From a virus: a stretch of 64,000 nt of DNA. Shown here in pieces: positions 20,135 to 29,770 of the stretch. The notes beneath the pieces are model-generated. The model saw nothing but the letters and a program-made list of their open reading frames with translations, was not told the DNA's origin and ran no database searches. The number at the start of each line of letters is the position of its first letter. Within the stretch, counting starts at the first letter, position 1. The stretch spans positions 32,001-96,000 of IMG/VR virus record IMGVR_UViG_3300042564_002458. One strand, 5' to 3'. A program made the position numbers and the translations under genes.

Positions 20135-20344
20135 TTATTTTTCCAATTTACTAATACGGGGTTTAAATAATTTTTGATCACCTTTAGTAGTTTTTAACAC
20201 TGGTTGATTATGATCATCAGTACTGAATCCAGTTACTTCTGTCTTACGATTCTTGAATTTACCAACTTTAATCTCATCACCAACATTGATAGTAGGTGGT
20301 GTATATGTCTTGGAACTTTCTTGTATGATTTCGTTAATGTTCAT
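20135..20344 (-). CDS. small KOW/SH3-like protein
   Basis: start MNINEII via TAATG coupling; INVGDEIKVGKFKN. Confidence 0.7.
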   Translation of the reverse strand: MNINEIIQESSKTYTPPTINVGDEIKVGKFKNRKTEVTGFSTDDHNQPVLKTTKGDQKLFKPRISKLEK

Positions 20345-22233
20345 TAGCAGTTCCATTTACGTAGTGCTAATGCTTTACGAGTAGGTTTACCATCTTTTTT
20401 CATTGGTCCCTTGACCCCTGACATTCTGGCACAAAAACTCTTACGTCTTTTAGCAGCCTTACTTCCAGGCTTTAATTTACTTGGTTTAGTAGTCACTGCA
20501 GTTTGCAGTTTACTACCAGGATGTTCACGACGATAACTGTTAACACCCTTTTGATTGAGCCCACCAGTCTTGTTCTTACCTGATTTTTTCTGCCATGCAG
20601 CTACTTCATCTAACTTGTTTAATTCTTCTTGTAACCAATTTGATTCGTCTACTTGTGGATCAATACCTTGCTCTTCTTGACTTTTTAAATAATCCCATGA
20701 AGAAACAATCATACCTTCTACATTAGCAATTTTCTCTTGTACCCATTCTGGTAAATTTTCATTGTCATCAATAGTATCTAATAAACCTTCGGCTGCACGT
20801 ATAATAGTATGTAAATTAGTATGAGCCATGCCTGATTCATCATCATACTCAGCGTTATTTTCCATAATTCCAGCTGAACTAACACCTACCGCAACGCTCG
20901 CCAATCCAGTTTTAATGGCATCTGACCAACTCATACCGTGTAGTTTTGCGGCCAGTGTTGGTATTACTGAATTCATTGAACCTTGAAGTATCATGTTAAA
21001 TTGTTGTGGTGACAGACCCATGCTACCAAAATGTTTGATAACTGCACCTGATACTATACTACCAACGATAGTTATAATAACACCTTGTAGATAGGGATTT
21101 TTTGATCCTGCTTTCAACATTGTTAATACTTTGGCACGTTGTTTTCCTGTGGCTTGTGATAATAATTCTTTTGCTTTAGAATTATAATTCTCAACTTTTC
21201 CTGGTTTACTTTGTGACAATTGAGTTTTGTAGAAGTCAGTAATGACACTAGTGACATTTGATTTAGATTCACTACTGCCTTCCGCCACACCTTCTTTTGG
21301 CACACAGTTAGGAACTTTCTTACCGTTTTTCTTCTTCATGCCAACTTGCTTATAGTTATCCCAACATGGGTCTGAGTCTTCCGACACCGCTTGCTCTGCC
21401 AAATCACTATCATCATAATATTGTAGCGCATCCGATACACGATTAATAAGTTCTCTTTCAAGTTTTTGCATGAGAGCATCCGATGCTTTGATTTTTAACT
21501 TTTTAAGAGCGTCCAAAATGTCGTCATCTATATCCCAATGAACATTATTAGATAAAAGTATTCTCTCTACTGCGCTATACACTTGTTCAAACTTAGAGTT
21601 GGCAGATGGTTTCGCAACATCAGCAGCATTTTTAGTGATATTGTTCATCATGCTACCGTATGCTGTATCAGCACGTTGATCGGCTGCGGCACCTTTGTAT
21701 CTAGCACCTTTAACTATCTTTCCCATCATTGAATCAAATGATGTGTCGCCAGTTGTCTCCGCCACACCTTGCTGACCTTTAAGTGCTTGTAATAACGCTC
21801 TAGCAACTACACGATCTTTTTCTTGTTCTTCATCAGGCAATTGAGCATACCCAATGTTCATCAACTTTTCTCGTTGTTGAAGTTTTGCTTCTAATTTTCC
21901 AGCCGCTTTTAACTTTTCTGTATCATCAAATTGATCAGGATTTTGTACAAATGCTTTAGCCGTTACATTCCAACCTTTATGAATAGCATCACTGATTGCT
22001 TCAATATCAGTAATACCTTTATCAATCATTTGTTTAGCATATGCAGCTGATTTTAAATTTGCTTGCCATCCAAATGTATTACCAGGAGAACTACGACCAT
22101 AATGATATGCATTATCTAATGCTTCGTCACTGATAGTGGCCAGTTGTTGTACGCTTAATTGTTTTTGATCACCTTCCGCCACACCTTGAGCGTTCAAGAT
22201 AGTATTTTCTGAGAGAATTTGAGTTATTTTCAT
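20344..22233 (-). CDS. multi-module protein, putative processed internal head polyprotein
   Basis: modules separated by GVAE/AVSE; RyR-like module, PCWDNYKQVGMKKK..PNCV module, basic C-terminal AWQKKSGKN..RRKSFCARM module. Confidence 0.75.
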   Translation of the reverse strand: MKITQILSENTILNAQGVAEGDQKQLSVQQLATISDEALDNAYHYGRSSPGNTFGWQANLKSAAYAKQMIDKGITDIEAISDAIHKGWNVTAKAFVQNPDQFDDTEKLKAAGKLEAKLQQREKLMNIGYAQLPDEEQEKDRVVARALLQALKGQQGVAETTGDTSFDSMMGKIVKGARYKGAAADQRADTAYGSMMNNITKNAADVAKPSANSKFEQVYSAVERILLSNNVHWDIDDDILDALKKLKIKASDALMQKLERELINRVSDALQYYDDSDLAEQAVSEDSDPCWDNYKQVGMKKKNGKKVPNCVPKEGVAEGSSESKSNVTSVITDFYKTQLSQSKPGKVENYNSKAKELLSQATGKQRAKVLTMLKAGSKNPYLQGVIITIVGSIVSGAVIKHFGSMGLSPQQFNMILQGSMNSVIPTLAAKLHGMSWSDAIKTGLASVAVGVSSAGIMENNAEYDDESGMAHTNLHTIIRAAEGLLDTIDDNENLPEWVQEKIANVEGMIVSSWDYLKSQEEQGIDPQVDESNWLQEELNKLDEVAAWQKKSGKNKTGGLNQKGVNSYRREHPGSKLQTAVTTKPSKLKPGSKAAKRRKSFCARMSGVKGPMKKDGKPTRKALALRKWNC

Positions 22234-22322
22234 GTTATGTAACCAATATTACTTGTATTTATCAATAACAAATTATATTATAAATTCAAAATGTTACTTT
22301 ATTTTTATATCATATTCAATCT

Positions 22323-22390
22323 GATAAATAAATGTTACAGATGCCGATTGGGTCTGTAAATTTAACTTGCTTAATTAAGGAGATAATATC
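22323..22390 (+). promoter_or_regulatory. late promoter + ROSE-like leader of dnaK
   Basis: GATAAATA 22323-22330; hairpin 22335-22359; CTTGCTT-AATT-AAGGAG SD-sequestering stem. Confidence 0.65.
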
Positions 22391-24253
22391 ATGAGCAAAA
22401 ATGTTGTCATAGGCGTAGATTTGGGCACCACTAATAGTTGTGTATCCATTGTTGAAAACGGAAAATACAAAATCATTGAAAATAGCGAGGGTGGAAGAAC
22501 AACACCTAGTATTGTAGCATATTCGAACGATGAAATTCTAGTTGGCGCATCAGCCAAGAGACAATCCGTAACTAATCCCATAAATACAATTTATGCTGCC
22601 AAACGACTAATTGGTCGTAAATTCAAAGAACAGGCGGTTCAGAAAGACATTGACTTGATGCCATATAAAATCATTGAGTCAAAGAATGGCGATGCATGGG
22701 TATATGCCGCAGATAAAGAATTAGCACCACCTCAAATTAGTGCAGAAGTTCTTCGTAAAATGAAGAAGACTGCCGAAGATTATCTTGGTCATGAAGTCAC
22801 TCAGGCAGTTATAACAGTACCAGCCTACTTTAATGATAGTCAACGTCAAGCAACTAAAGATGCTGGTAAAATAGCTGGGCTTGAAGTTCTTCGTATTATC
22901 AATGAACCAACTGCTGCAGCGTTAGCATACGGTGTTGATAAACAAGATAAAAAAGATCGTAAAATTGCAGTATATGACTTGGGTGGTGGAACGTTTGATG
23001 TTTCAATTATAGAAATAGCCAATGTTGATGGAGATAAGCAAATTGAAGTTTTATCGACCAACGGAGATACATTCTTGGGCGGTGAAGATTTTGATCAACG
23101 ATTGATGGATTATTTAGTAGACGAATTCAAAAAAGATAGTGGAGTTGATCTTAAAAATGATATGTTGGCACTACAGAGATTAAAAGATTCTGCAGAACGA
23201 GCAAAGATTGAATTGTCAAGTTCACAACAAACTGCGGTTAATTTACCATATATTACCGCTGATAGTTCTGGCCCACGACACATGAATATTATTATTACTC
23301 GTTCTAAGTTGGAATCATTAGTAGAAGACTTAATCAAGCGTAGTATTGAACCATGTAAAATTGCTCTAAAAGATGCGGGAATGTCAACAAGTGACATAGA
23401 CGAGATAATTCTTGTTGGGGGGCAAACTCGTATGCCAAAAGTACAAGAGGCCGTAGAGAAATTATTTGGTAAAATTCCACGAAAAGATATTAATCCAGAT
23501 GAGGCTGTAGCCGCGGGCGCCGCAATTCAGGGTGCAGTATTATCAGGTGATCGCAATGATGTTCTATTACTTGATGTGACTCCACTATCACTTGGTATTG
23601 AAACAATGGGTGGTGTAATGACTAAATTAGTTCAAAAGAATACAACTATTCCAACCAAGGCAAGTCAAATATTCTCTACAGCAGAAGATAATCAATCGGC
23701 CGTTACTGTAAAAGTATTTCAGGGTGAACGTGAATTAGTTCAATACAATAAGTCATTAGGTGAGTTTAATTTGGAAGGAATTCCACCATCTCGTCGAGGT
23801 ATTCCACAAATTGAAGTTACATTTGATATTGACGCAAACGGAATCATGCATATCAAAGCTAGCGACAAAGGTACTGGTAAAGAAAATAAAATTACCATTA
23901 AATCAAATAGTGGATTGAGCGAAAGTGAAATTCAACAAATGGTTCAAGAAGCAGAAGACAATGCCGATTCTGATAAAAAGATGAAAGATTTAATTCTTAC
24001 AAGAAATCATGCTGAGTCAGTAATTCATGAATGTACAACAGATTTAAAAGATTTCGGAAATCAATTAAGTCAAGAAGAAAAAACTTCAATTGAATCTGTC
24101 ATTGAATCTATTAAAACTGTCATGACAGGTGAAGATAGTGAGTTGATTACTAGTGAAATAACAAAACTATATGAAGTTTCCAAACCGCTTAATGAGAAGA
24201 AAATGAAAAAACAGTCATCAGATGAATTAGATGATACTGTGGTAGATGTCTAA
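22391..24253 (+). CDS. dnaK: chaperone DnaK (Hsp70)
   Basis: [49 protein letters not shown]. Confidence 0.98.
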   Translation: MSKNVVIGVDLGTTNSCVSIVENGKYKIIENSEGGRTTPSIVAYSNDEILVGASAKRQSVTNPINTIYAAKRLIGRKFKEQAVQKDIDLMPYKIIESKNGDAWVYAADKELAPPQISAEVLRKMKKTAEDYLGHEVTQAVITVPAYFNDSQRQATKDAGKIAGLEVLRIINEPTAAALAYGVDKQDKKDRKIAVYDLGGGTFDVSIIEIANVDGDKQIEVLSTNGDTFLGGEDFDQRLMDYLVDEFKKDSGVDLKNDMLALQRLKDSAERAKIELSSSQQTAVNLPYITADSSGPRHMNIIITRSKLESLVEDLIKRSIEPCKIALKDAGMSTSDIDEIILVGGQTRMPKVQEAVEKLFGKIPRKDINPDEAVAAGAAIQGAVLSGDRNDVLLLDVTPLSLGIETMGGVMTKLVQKNTTIPTKASQIFSTAEDNQSAVTVKVFQGERELVQYNKSLGEFNLEGIPPSRRGIPQIEVTFDIDANGIMHIKASDKGTGKENKITIKSNSGLSESEIQQMVQEAEDNADSDKKMKDLILTRNHAESVIHECTTDLKDFGNQLSQEEKTSIESVIESIKTVMTGEDSELITSEITKLYEVSKPLNEKKMKKQSSDELDDTVVDV

Positions 24254-24273
24254 TTTACAGAATCTAAGTAAAT

Positions 24274-24309
24274 AAAAATATCCACGATTAATCGTGGATA
24301 TTTTTTATT
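24274..24309. terminator. bidirectional intrinsic terminator
   Basis: AAAAATATCCACGAT-TA-ATCGTGGATATTTTT between convergent dnaK and yccA. Confidence 0.85.
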
Positions 24310-24321
24310 GATAATTATTAA

Positions 24322-24993
24322 TCAGTCTTTCTTAATACCAAATAATTGTAATAGATTTAAGAATAAGTTAATAAAGTCCAAATATAATCTAAGTGCCCCA
24401 ACCACCTCGGCGTTACCATCAGTACTTATACTTAATTGTTCACGAATATTTTGTGTATCATAAGCAGTTAATCCCAAAAAGATTATAATGGCAATTGCAG
24501 AAATAACCATGGTCATTACTGTACTTCCAATAAAGATATTGATAATACTAGCAATAACAATAGCAATCAATCCAATAAACATAAATTGACCCATGGTTTC
24601 AAGACTTCGTTTTGTAAAATAACCATAAAAACTCATAGTACCAAACAAAACAGCAGCACCCATAAATGCCGATGTAATACTACCAATAGTATAAATTACA
24701 AAGATTGTGGCAAAACTCAATCCCATTAAGGCAGCAAATACATGTAACATCAATGTGGCAGCTACTTTTCCAACTTTATCAATAGTAAATGAAACTAGTA
24801 ATACAACAACCAATGGTGCAAAAATTACAACCCATTTAAGTGGCGTTCCAAAAATAGTTGCCATTAACTGGGTATTGGTACTAACAAGATAACCAACAAT
24901 CATTGAGTTTAATACAGCTAAACACATATGATTGTAAACACGAATCATACTATCATTCAATTCACTAACACTACGGTAAGATAAACTACTCAT
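24322..24993 (-). CDS. Bax inhibitor-1/YccA family membrane protein
   Basis: 7 TMs, AYDTQ, LYLDFINLFL. Confidence 0.92.
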   Translation of the reverse strand: MSSLSYRSVSELNDSMIRVYNHMCLAVLNSMIVGYLVSTNTQLMATIFGTPLKWVVIFAPLVVVLLVSFTIDKVGKVAATLMLHVFAALMGLSFATIFVIYTIGSITSAFMGAAVLFGTMSFYGYFTKRSLETMGQFMFIGLIAIVIASIINIFIGSTVMTMVISAIAIIIFLGLTAYDTQNIREQLSISTDGNAEVVGALRLYLDFINLFLNLLQLFGIKKD

Positions 24994-25011
24994 TTAAGTC
25001 TCCTATTTAAA

Positions 25012-25305
25012 TTAAATCCACTTTAGTGAAAACGCAATTGATTCAGAATCATCACGTAAATAAATTCGTGTACAATATGAATCATTTTGCCAACACCATC
25101 GTGAGTTACTACAACTAACATCATCAAACAAATCATGATTATCATAAGAATTCACTTCTTTACTGGGACCCCAATGAGCCCAACACCATTCACTCATTTT
25201 ACAAAAGTTAATTCTATCGTTTTTGTTATTAACCGATAACTGAACATAATATTTCCAATAAGAATATCCAACATTACGTTTGTCTAATTTTTTAATTTTG
25301 ATCAT
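25012..25305 (-). CDS. small KW-terminal family protein (outlier)
   Basis: EWCWAHWG...RW...ESIAFSLKWI. Confidence 0.75.
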   Translation of the reverse strand: MIKIKKLDKRNVGYSYWKYYVQLSVNNKNDRINFCKMSEWCWAHWGPSKEVNSYDNHDLFDDVSCSNSRWCWQNDSYCTRIYLRDDSESIAFSLKWI

Positions 25306-25309
25306 AATA

Positions 25310-25516
25310 TTACATCCATCTTAGATTAAACATTACAAAATCTTTTTCACTATGAAATACAAAACTCCAACTATCCACATAATATGAATGTGGAGGATCG
25401 GTAAAATACCAATTTTCAGTACAATTCTTTTCACACCAATCAAGAATATTGGTCAATGATCCATGTTTAACAGAGATTGTAACTCTACAAGTATTATCCT
25501 TGATATTTTGTAACAT
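25310..25516 (-). CDS. small KW-terminal family protein (outlier)
   Basis: DWCEKNC..W...FVFHSEKDFVMFNLRWM. Confidence 0.75.
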   Translation of the reverse strand: MLQNIKDNTCRVTISVKHGSLTNILDWCEKNCTENWYFTDPPHSYYVDSWSFVFHSEKDFVMFNLRWM

Positions 25517-25982
25517 TCACTCCACTTTTAGTTAAGAACTCTAGTCCCAATTCATTCTTATATGTATCATGATAATATACAGTAAATATTCCAGCCTGAT
25601 AGATCATTTTTGCACAATCTATACAGGGAGCATGTGTACAAAATAATGTTGCTCCTTCACTAGATATAGTACTCTTGGCAATTTTCATCAAAGCATTAGC
25701 TTCGCTATGAAGCACCTCTGGTTTAGTTTTAAGTTTAATCCAATTGCTATTATCAGTTTGAGTGTATCCTAAGGATACCATATCAGTACCCATAACTTCT
25801 TCATTGATAACAAAAACAGTATCTTCACAGTTGTTGTCCCAACCACTGGGTGTTCCATTGTATCCAAATGTCACTACATTGTCTTTGACAATTACAGTAC
25901 CAACTTTTAATCTGACTGCACTACTCAATTGACTTACTGATTGAGCCATGTTCATATATAAATCAATGAATTTCTGTTTCAT
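25494..25982 (-). CDS. dCMP deaminase
   Basis: GYNGTPSG, HSEANA, PCIDCAK zinc motifs. Confidence 0.92.
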   Translation of the reverse strand: MKQKFIDLYMNMAQSVSQLSSAVRLKVGTVIVKDNVVTFGYNGTPSGWDNNCEDTVFVINEEVMGTDMVSLGYTQTDNSNWIKLKTKPEVLHSEANALMKIAKSTISSEGATLFCTHAPCIDCAKMIYQAGIFTVYYHDTYKNELGLEFLTKSGVNVTKYQG

Positions 25983-26241
25983 TTTTTACCAAATAGTTGT
26001 CACAAATCCAACGATCACAAATTTCATGTGATTTAAAATAGTATAATGGACTACCGTTGGGTATATTAAATCTATCACAAAATGCCTGACCATAACGTTT
26101 ACCCTTCAGTACATCAATTACATAATAGTGTTTGAATTCTGTATATTGTTCTTGAGTTATAGTGTGATATATATCATCTTTAAAAGAGATAGGAATCATA
26201 TTTAAATCATGATAATGTTGTACGTCTTGCAAGTTGATCAT
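25963..26241 (-). CDS. hypothetical protein
   Basis: RYGQAFC motif; coupled. Confidence 0.7.
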   Translation of the reverse strand: MINLQDVQHYHDLNMIPISFKDDIYHTITQEQYTEFKHYYVIDVLKGKRYGQAFCDRFNIPNGSPLYYFKSHEICDRWICDNYLVKNETEIH

Positions 26242-26567
26242 TATTCTTCAACTCGTTCAATTTTACCATCAATAATAAAGAACGGTACATTTAATGGAGT
26301 TTCTTTAACATGACCAATATATCCAGCATAATTCAAACTATAGTTTTTAGCTGTTTCTTCTAATGTATTACCTTGACTGGCAAATGAATCATCTTCCATA
26401 AAATATAGATAATGTTGATCCTCTACAATCTCATGTTTTAGAAATTCAATTTGATCAGTAATCATATTGGACAATTCTTTGATCATTTTGTCATAACAAT
26501 ATTGATAACCTACATATCCACCAACTGAAAGACCAATTATAAATGATAATGGGATTAACATATCCAT
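26241..26567 (-). CDS. membrane-anchored hypothetical protein
   Basis: N-terminal TM; FASQGNTLEE. Confidence 0.7.
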   Translation of the reverse strand: MDMLIPLSFIIGLSVGGYVGYQYCYDKMIKELSNMITDQIEFLKHEIVEDQHYLYFMEDDSFASQGNTLEETAKNYSLNYAGYIGHVKETPLNVPFFIIDGKIERVEE

Positions 26568-26569
26568 AA

Positions 26570-26848
26570 TTATTCCATATTCTTTAGATTAAGAGTGCTC
26601 CATTGACTAAGTTTTTTAAACTTACGTTGTTTGGCTTCTAATAATCTTTCTAATGATATTTCACCTTGATTAGTTAAGATATCAATCATTGCCAATACAT
26701 CTCCAATCTCTTGTTCTAGACGATCTAGATTAGATTGTTGTAAATACATACCATGTAATCCAAATCTAAAACATTTACTTGTGGCTTGTACAACTTCGGC
26801 ACATTCTTCTTGTAATATTAGCAATGCTTCTTTGGTAGATTCTTTCAT
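26570..26848 (-). CDS. MazG-like nucleotide pyrophosphohydrolase
   Basis: LQEECAEV...LEQEIGDVLAM. Confidence 0.8.
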   Translation of the reverse strand: MKESTKEALLILQEECAEVVQATSKCFRFGLHGMYLQQSNLDRLEQEIGDVLAMIDILTNQGEISLERLLEAKQRKFKKLSQWSTLNLKNME

Positions 26849-26949
26849 AATAGTATATTTGAAATTAGTAAGAGACTTTTGTATAGTGTCTCTCAAACTA
26901 TTTAATTATATTAATATTGTGTCGGGAATTTCACCCGATACTAATATAA

Positions 26950-27210
26950 TTACGCTACTAAACCAGCAGCCAAAGCACGATAACCAGCCGAGATAACTTT
27001 ACGTGTTGGTGTACCGATACGATAACGAGTTACTGATTGACCCTTGCTGTTTTTACGTGAGTTAGCATAAACAGCATAGCCAGCGAAACGAATATCGCTA
27101 ACAGTTGCAGTTGGGTTCTTGATGTCAAAACGAGCTGCAATTTGAGCTGCAGTAAGTTGTTCACCATTCAAGAGTGCTTCGGTAAGTTTAGATTGTTTAG
27201 TTACTTGCAT
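26950..27210 (-). CDS. small winged-HTH DNA-binding protein
   Basis: GEQLTAAQIAARFDIKNPTATVSDIR; own sigma70 promoter ~27260-27288; high-expression codon usage. Confidence 0.75.
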   Translation of the reverse strand: MQVTKQSKLTEALLNGEQLTAAQIAARFDIKNPTATVSDIRFAGYAVYANSRKNSKGQSVTRYRIGTPTRKVISAGYRALAAGLVA

Positions 27211-27291
27211 TTTATTTCCTTTTTAAGTTGTCACTGCAACAATGTTACAGCGTGATACTATTATAACATGACTTGTAATAATAGTCAATGT

Positions 27292-27316
27292 AAAATGGAC
27301 ACATAGTGTCCATTTT
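27292..27316. terminator. stem-loop terminator
   Basis: AAAATGGACAC-ATA-GTGTCCATTTT. Confidence 0.7.
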
Positions 27317-27318
27317 AA

Positions 27319-28167
27319 TTATACTTCAATGATCTTTGGATAGTATGGATCAGTTTCCTGTGAACCACGTTCATAACCAACATAACCACGTGGGTGGGCC
27401 ATGATTCGTGTTTCACCAATCATATAATCAAATTCATCATGTGTATGTCCATGAACCCAAACTTTGATTTGTGGACGATCCAAAATAAACTCAGATAAAT
27501 CAGTACTATAAGCACCATTCATATAACGATCATCAGCATAACGTGGATGTGTACTAAGTTTACTTGGTGCATGATGACCGATTACAAAGAACTTTTCATC
27601 TGACTTTTCGGCTGTTACATGACGAATATAATCCAATGTCTTATAGTGACGAACAATGGTATCGGCTGGACGTAAACGTCTAAATTCATCCTGTTCAACA
27701 CGAATAATACGAAAATCATTCATACTTGAATCAATAACTTTAAGCGTTAATGGATCAGATTTATTGCAATCAGTCCATAATGTTCCACCGATAAATGTTA
27801 CATCATCAAGTTTAAATACATCATTTTCCATAAAATGAACATTATGAAATTTTTTACATTCATCTTTTAATATATCTAAAGTTTGTACCCATTTACCATT
27901 ATAAAACTCATGATTGCCAGCAACATATAATACATGAGGAAACTCTGTACTACAACGCTTTAAAAAGTCCCGAAATTTCTGTGATTGTTGATAACGACCA
28001 GGCAAATTATTAACCCACTCTGGTTTCATAACATCTTCTGGAAAGTCATGCATATCAGCGGCAACCATAATATCACCAGCCAATATCAATACATCCGAGT
28101 TTTCTGTATTTTTAATATTCAAATCACCAAATTCTAGATGAAGATCACTACAAAGCGCCGCTTTCAT
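27319..28167 (-). CDS. calcineurin-like metallophosphoesterase
   Basis: SDLHLE, LAGD, AGNHE, HHAP, HGHTH. Confidence 0.92.
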   Translation of the reverse strand: MKAALCSDLHLEFGDLNIKNTENSDVLILAGDIMVAADMHDFPEDVMKPEWVNNLPGRYQQSQKFRDFLKRCSTEFPHVLYVAGNHEFYNGKWVQTLDILKDECKKFHNVHFMENDVFKLDDVTFIGGTLWTDCNKSDPLTLKVIDSSMNDFRIIRVEQDEFRRLRPADTIVRHYKTLDYIRHVTAEKSDEKFFVIGHHAPSKLSTHPRYADDRYMNGAYSTDLSEFILDRPQIKVWVHGHTHDEFDYMIGETRIMAHPRGYVGYERGSQETDPYYPKIIEV

Positions 28168-28169
28168 AA

Positions 28170-28583
28170 TTATTCCTTAACTCTATTTTCTCTTTCATTT
28201 TGATGTTCATCACATAATGTGATAATCCACCCTGATTGATTACTCTTTCCTGGTCTGCCGCACTGTTCGCAGATACGACCACTCATTGACTCAGCAAACC
28301 AAATCATACCATCTATCAGTCTGTCACCACCACTAGTGTAAAAACGTAGTGTGCCAAACTTTTCTTTGACCTGATCTGCCACTACCTGTGGAATAACTCT
28401 AGTCTCTGAACTGTTGTTGTCAATGTAGCTTTGAATATTCCAACATAATGTATCAATTAAATCATACCAACCATCACCAACGGATAAACCCCAATACATG
28501 CATGATTGAGTCATATCTTTGTCAACATTAACAAAAATCTTGGGATATTTCTTACATAGTTTAGATTCTAATTCTGGACTCAT
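28170..28583 (-). CDS. conserved phage hypothetical protein
   Basis: GDGW, QVKEKFGTLRFY, CEQCG...LCDEH. Confidence 0.8.
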   Translation of the reverse strand: MSPELESKLCKKYPKIFVNVDKDMTQSCMYWGLSVGDGWYDLIDTLCWNIQSYIDNNSSETRVIPQVVADQVKEKFGTLRFYTSGGDRLIDGMIWFAESMSGRICEQCGRPGKSNQSGWIITLCDEHQNERENRVKE

Positions 28584-28584
28584 A

Positions 28585-28911
28585 TTATTCTCCCATAAAA
28601 TTTGATTCAAGATTAATGATCTTAATTGATCCTTTATCTCCTAAATCGTTAACAAAACCGTTAAAAATACTTGAAGTATATCCACTCATACCAATATTAT
28701 GTTTACCACAATTGTAAATACTTCCGCTTGCATTATGAATTTCATAATGATTATCATGTTCTACAATGTTAGTGATACCTGAACTTAATTTCCAACGATC
28801 ACTACCTAAATAACCACCATACCAACTGGCTAATACTTTACGAGTACTTTCTTCATCTTCATTAAATTTTAGTTCTACAATTACCCAACTATCAGGTGTA
28901 TATGTGCTCAT
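28585..28911 (-). CDS. conserved phage hypothetical protein
   Basis: PDSWV..KVLASWYGGYLGSDRWKLSSG..SGSIY.C. Confidence 0.8.
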   Translation of the reverse strand: MSTYTPDSWVIVELKFNEDEESTRKVLASWYGGYLGSDRWKLSSGITNIVEHDNHYEIHNASGSIYNCGKHNIGMSGYTSSIFNGFVNDLGDKGSIKIINLESNFMGE

Positions 28912-28931
28912 TTTTAATCCTAAAGTTATTG

Positions 28932-29732
28932 TTAAATATCATCATATTGTATAATTTGTCTAGTATCCATATTAATAATTACTCCATCATAATTTAGATA
29001 TTTTTTAAACAAATAGTTATAAGTATTATACTCTGAATCGTTTACTAAAATAACATCATATATTTCATATTTATATTTTGATAAATGATCACTGAATGGT
29101 TCAGTCAATATATGTTTTTGAAATAAAGATGGGCATTTTTTTATTTTAATAAAATCATTATCATGGTCAATAGGCAGATAAAATAGATTTTTTATTTTTG
29201 GTAATGGATATCTACCCCACCAATATGAATATAAACCCCAAAACTCTGCATGAAATCTATAAGTCGGACTTAATTTCATTGGATCAATCAATTGTTTGAC
29301 ATATTCTGATTTGAACCAAAAGAAATTTCCCTTAAAATGCCAATGAAATAATGATCCAACAAAATCTGAACCACAATCTAAATGATAACGACATAGATCA
29401 CTATGATCAACTACACCATACATCATTAATGTAGACCAGTTTAAGCTATTGTGATATTCTGAACCATTCGGTCTACTAGCACCCTTACAATGAAGATATA
29501 ATCCATAAAAATCTAAAGTAGATGAATCTTTCCAAAGTTTCTGAAGAGCAGGATATTCATATGATGTTGCATCCAATCCGGTATCAAAATATTCAATATC
29601 TAAATTACTATTAGTTAAAAAATCATATTTTCCCCAGTTAAGAGAATGTACAATAATTATTTTTTCATATTTCAAATTACTATTTTGTATACTATTAATA
29701 ATATGTAATAAACTAGATTTAGTATTAATCAT
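28932..29732 (-). CDS. hypothetical protein, possibly glycosyltransferase-associated
   Basis: YEYPAL, LYLHCKG, HFKGNFFW, AEFW motifs; start uncertain. Confidence 0.6.
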   Translation of the reverse strand: MINTKSSLLHIINSIQNSNLKYEKIIIVHSLNWGKYDFLTNSNLDIEYFDTGLDATSYEYPALQKLWKDSSTLDFYGLYLHCKGASRPNGSEYHNSLNWSTLMMYGVVDHSDLCRYHLDCGSDFVGSLFHWHFKGNFFWFKSEYVKQLIDPMKLSPTYRFHAEFWGLYSYWWGRYPLPKIKNLFYLPIDHDNDFIKIKKCPSLFQKHILTEPFSDHLSKYKYEIYDVILVNDSEYNTYNYLFKKYLNYDGVIINMDTRQIIQYDDI

Positions 29733-29770
29733 TTCAATTACTGAAATATAAATTCGTACTGGTTTCACGT

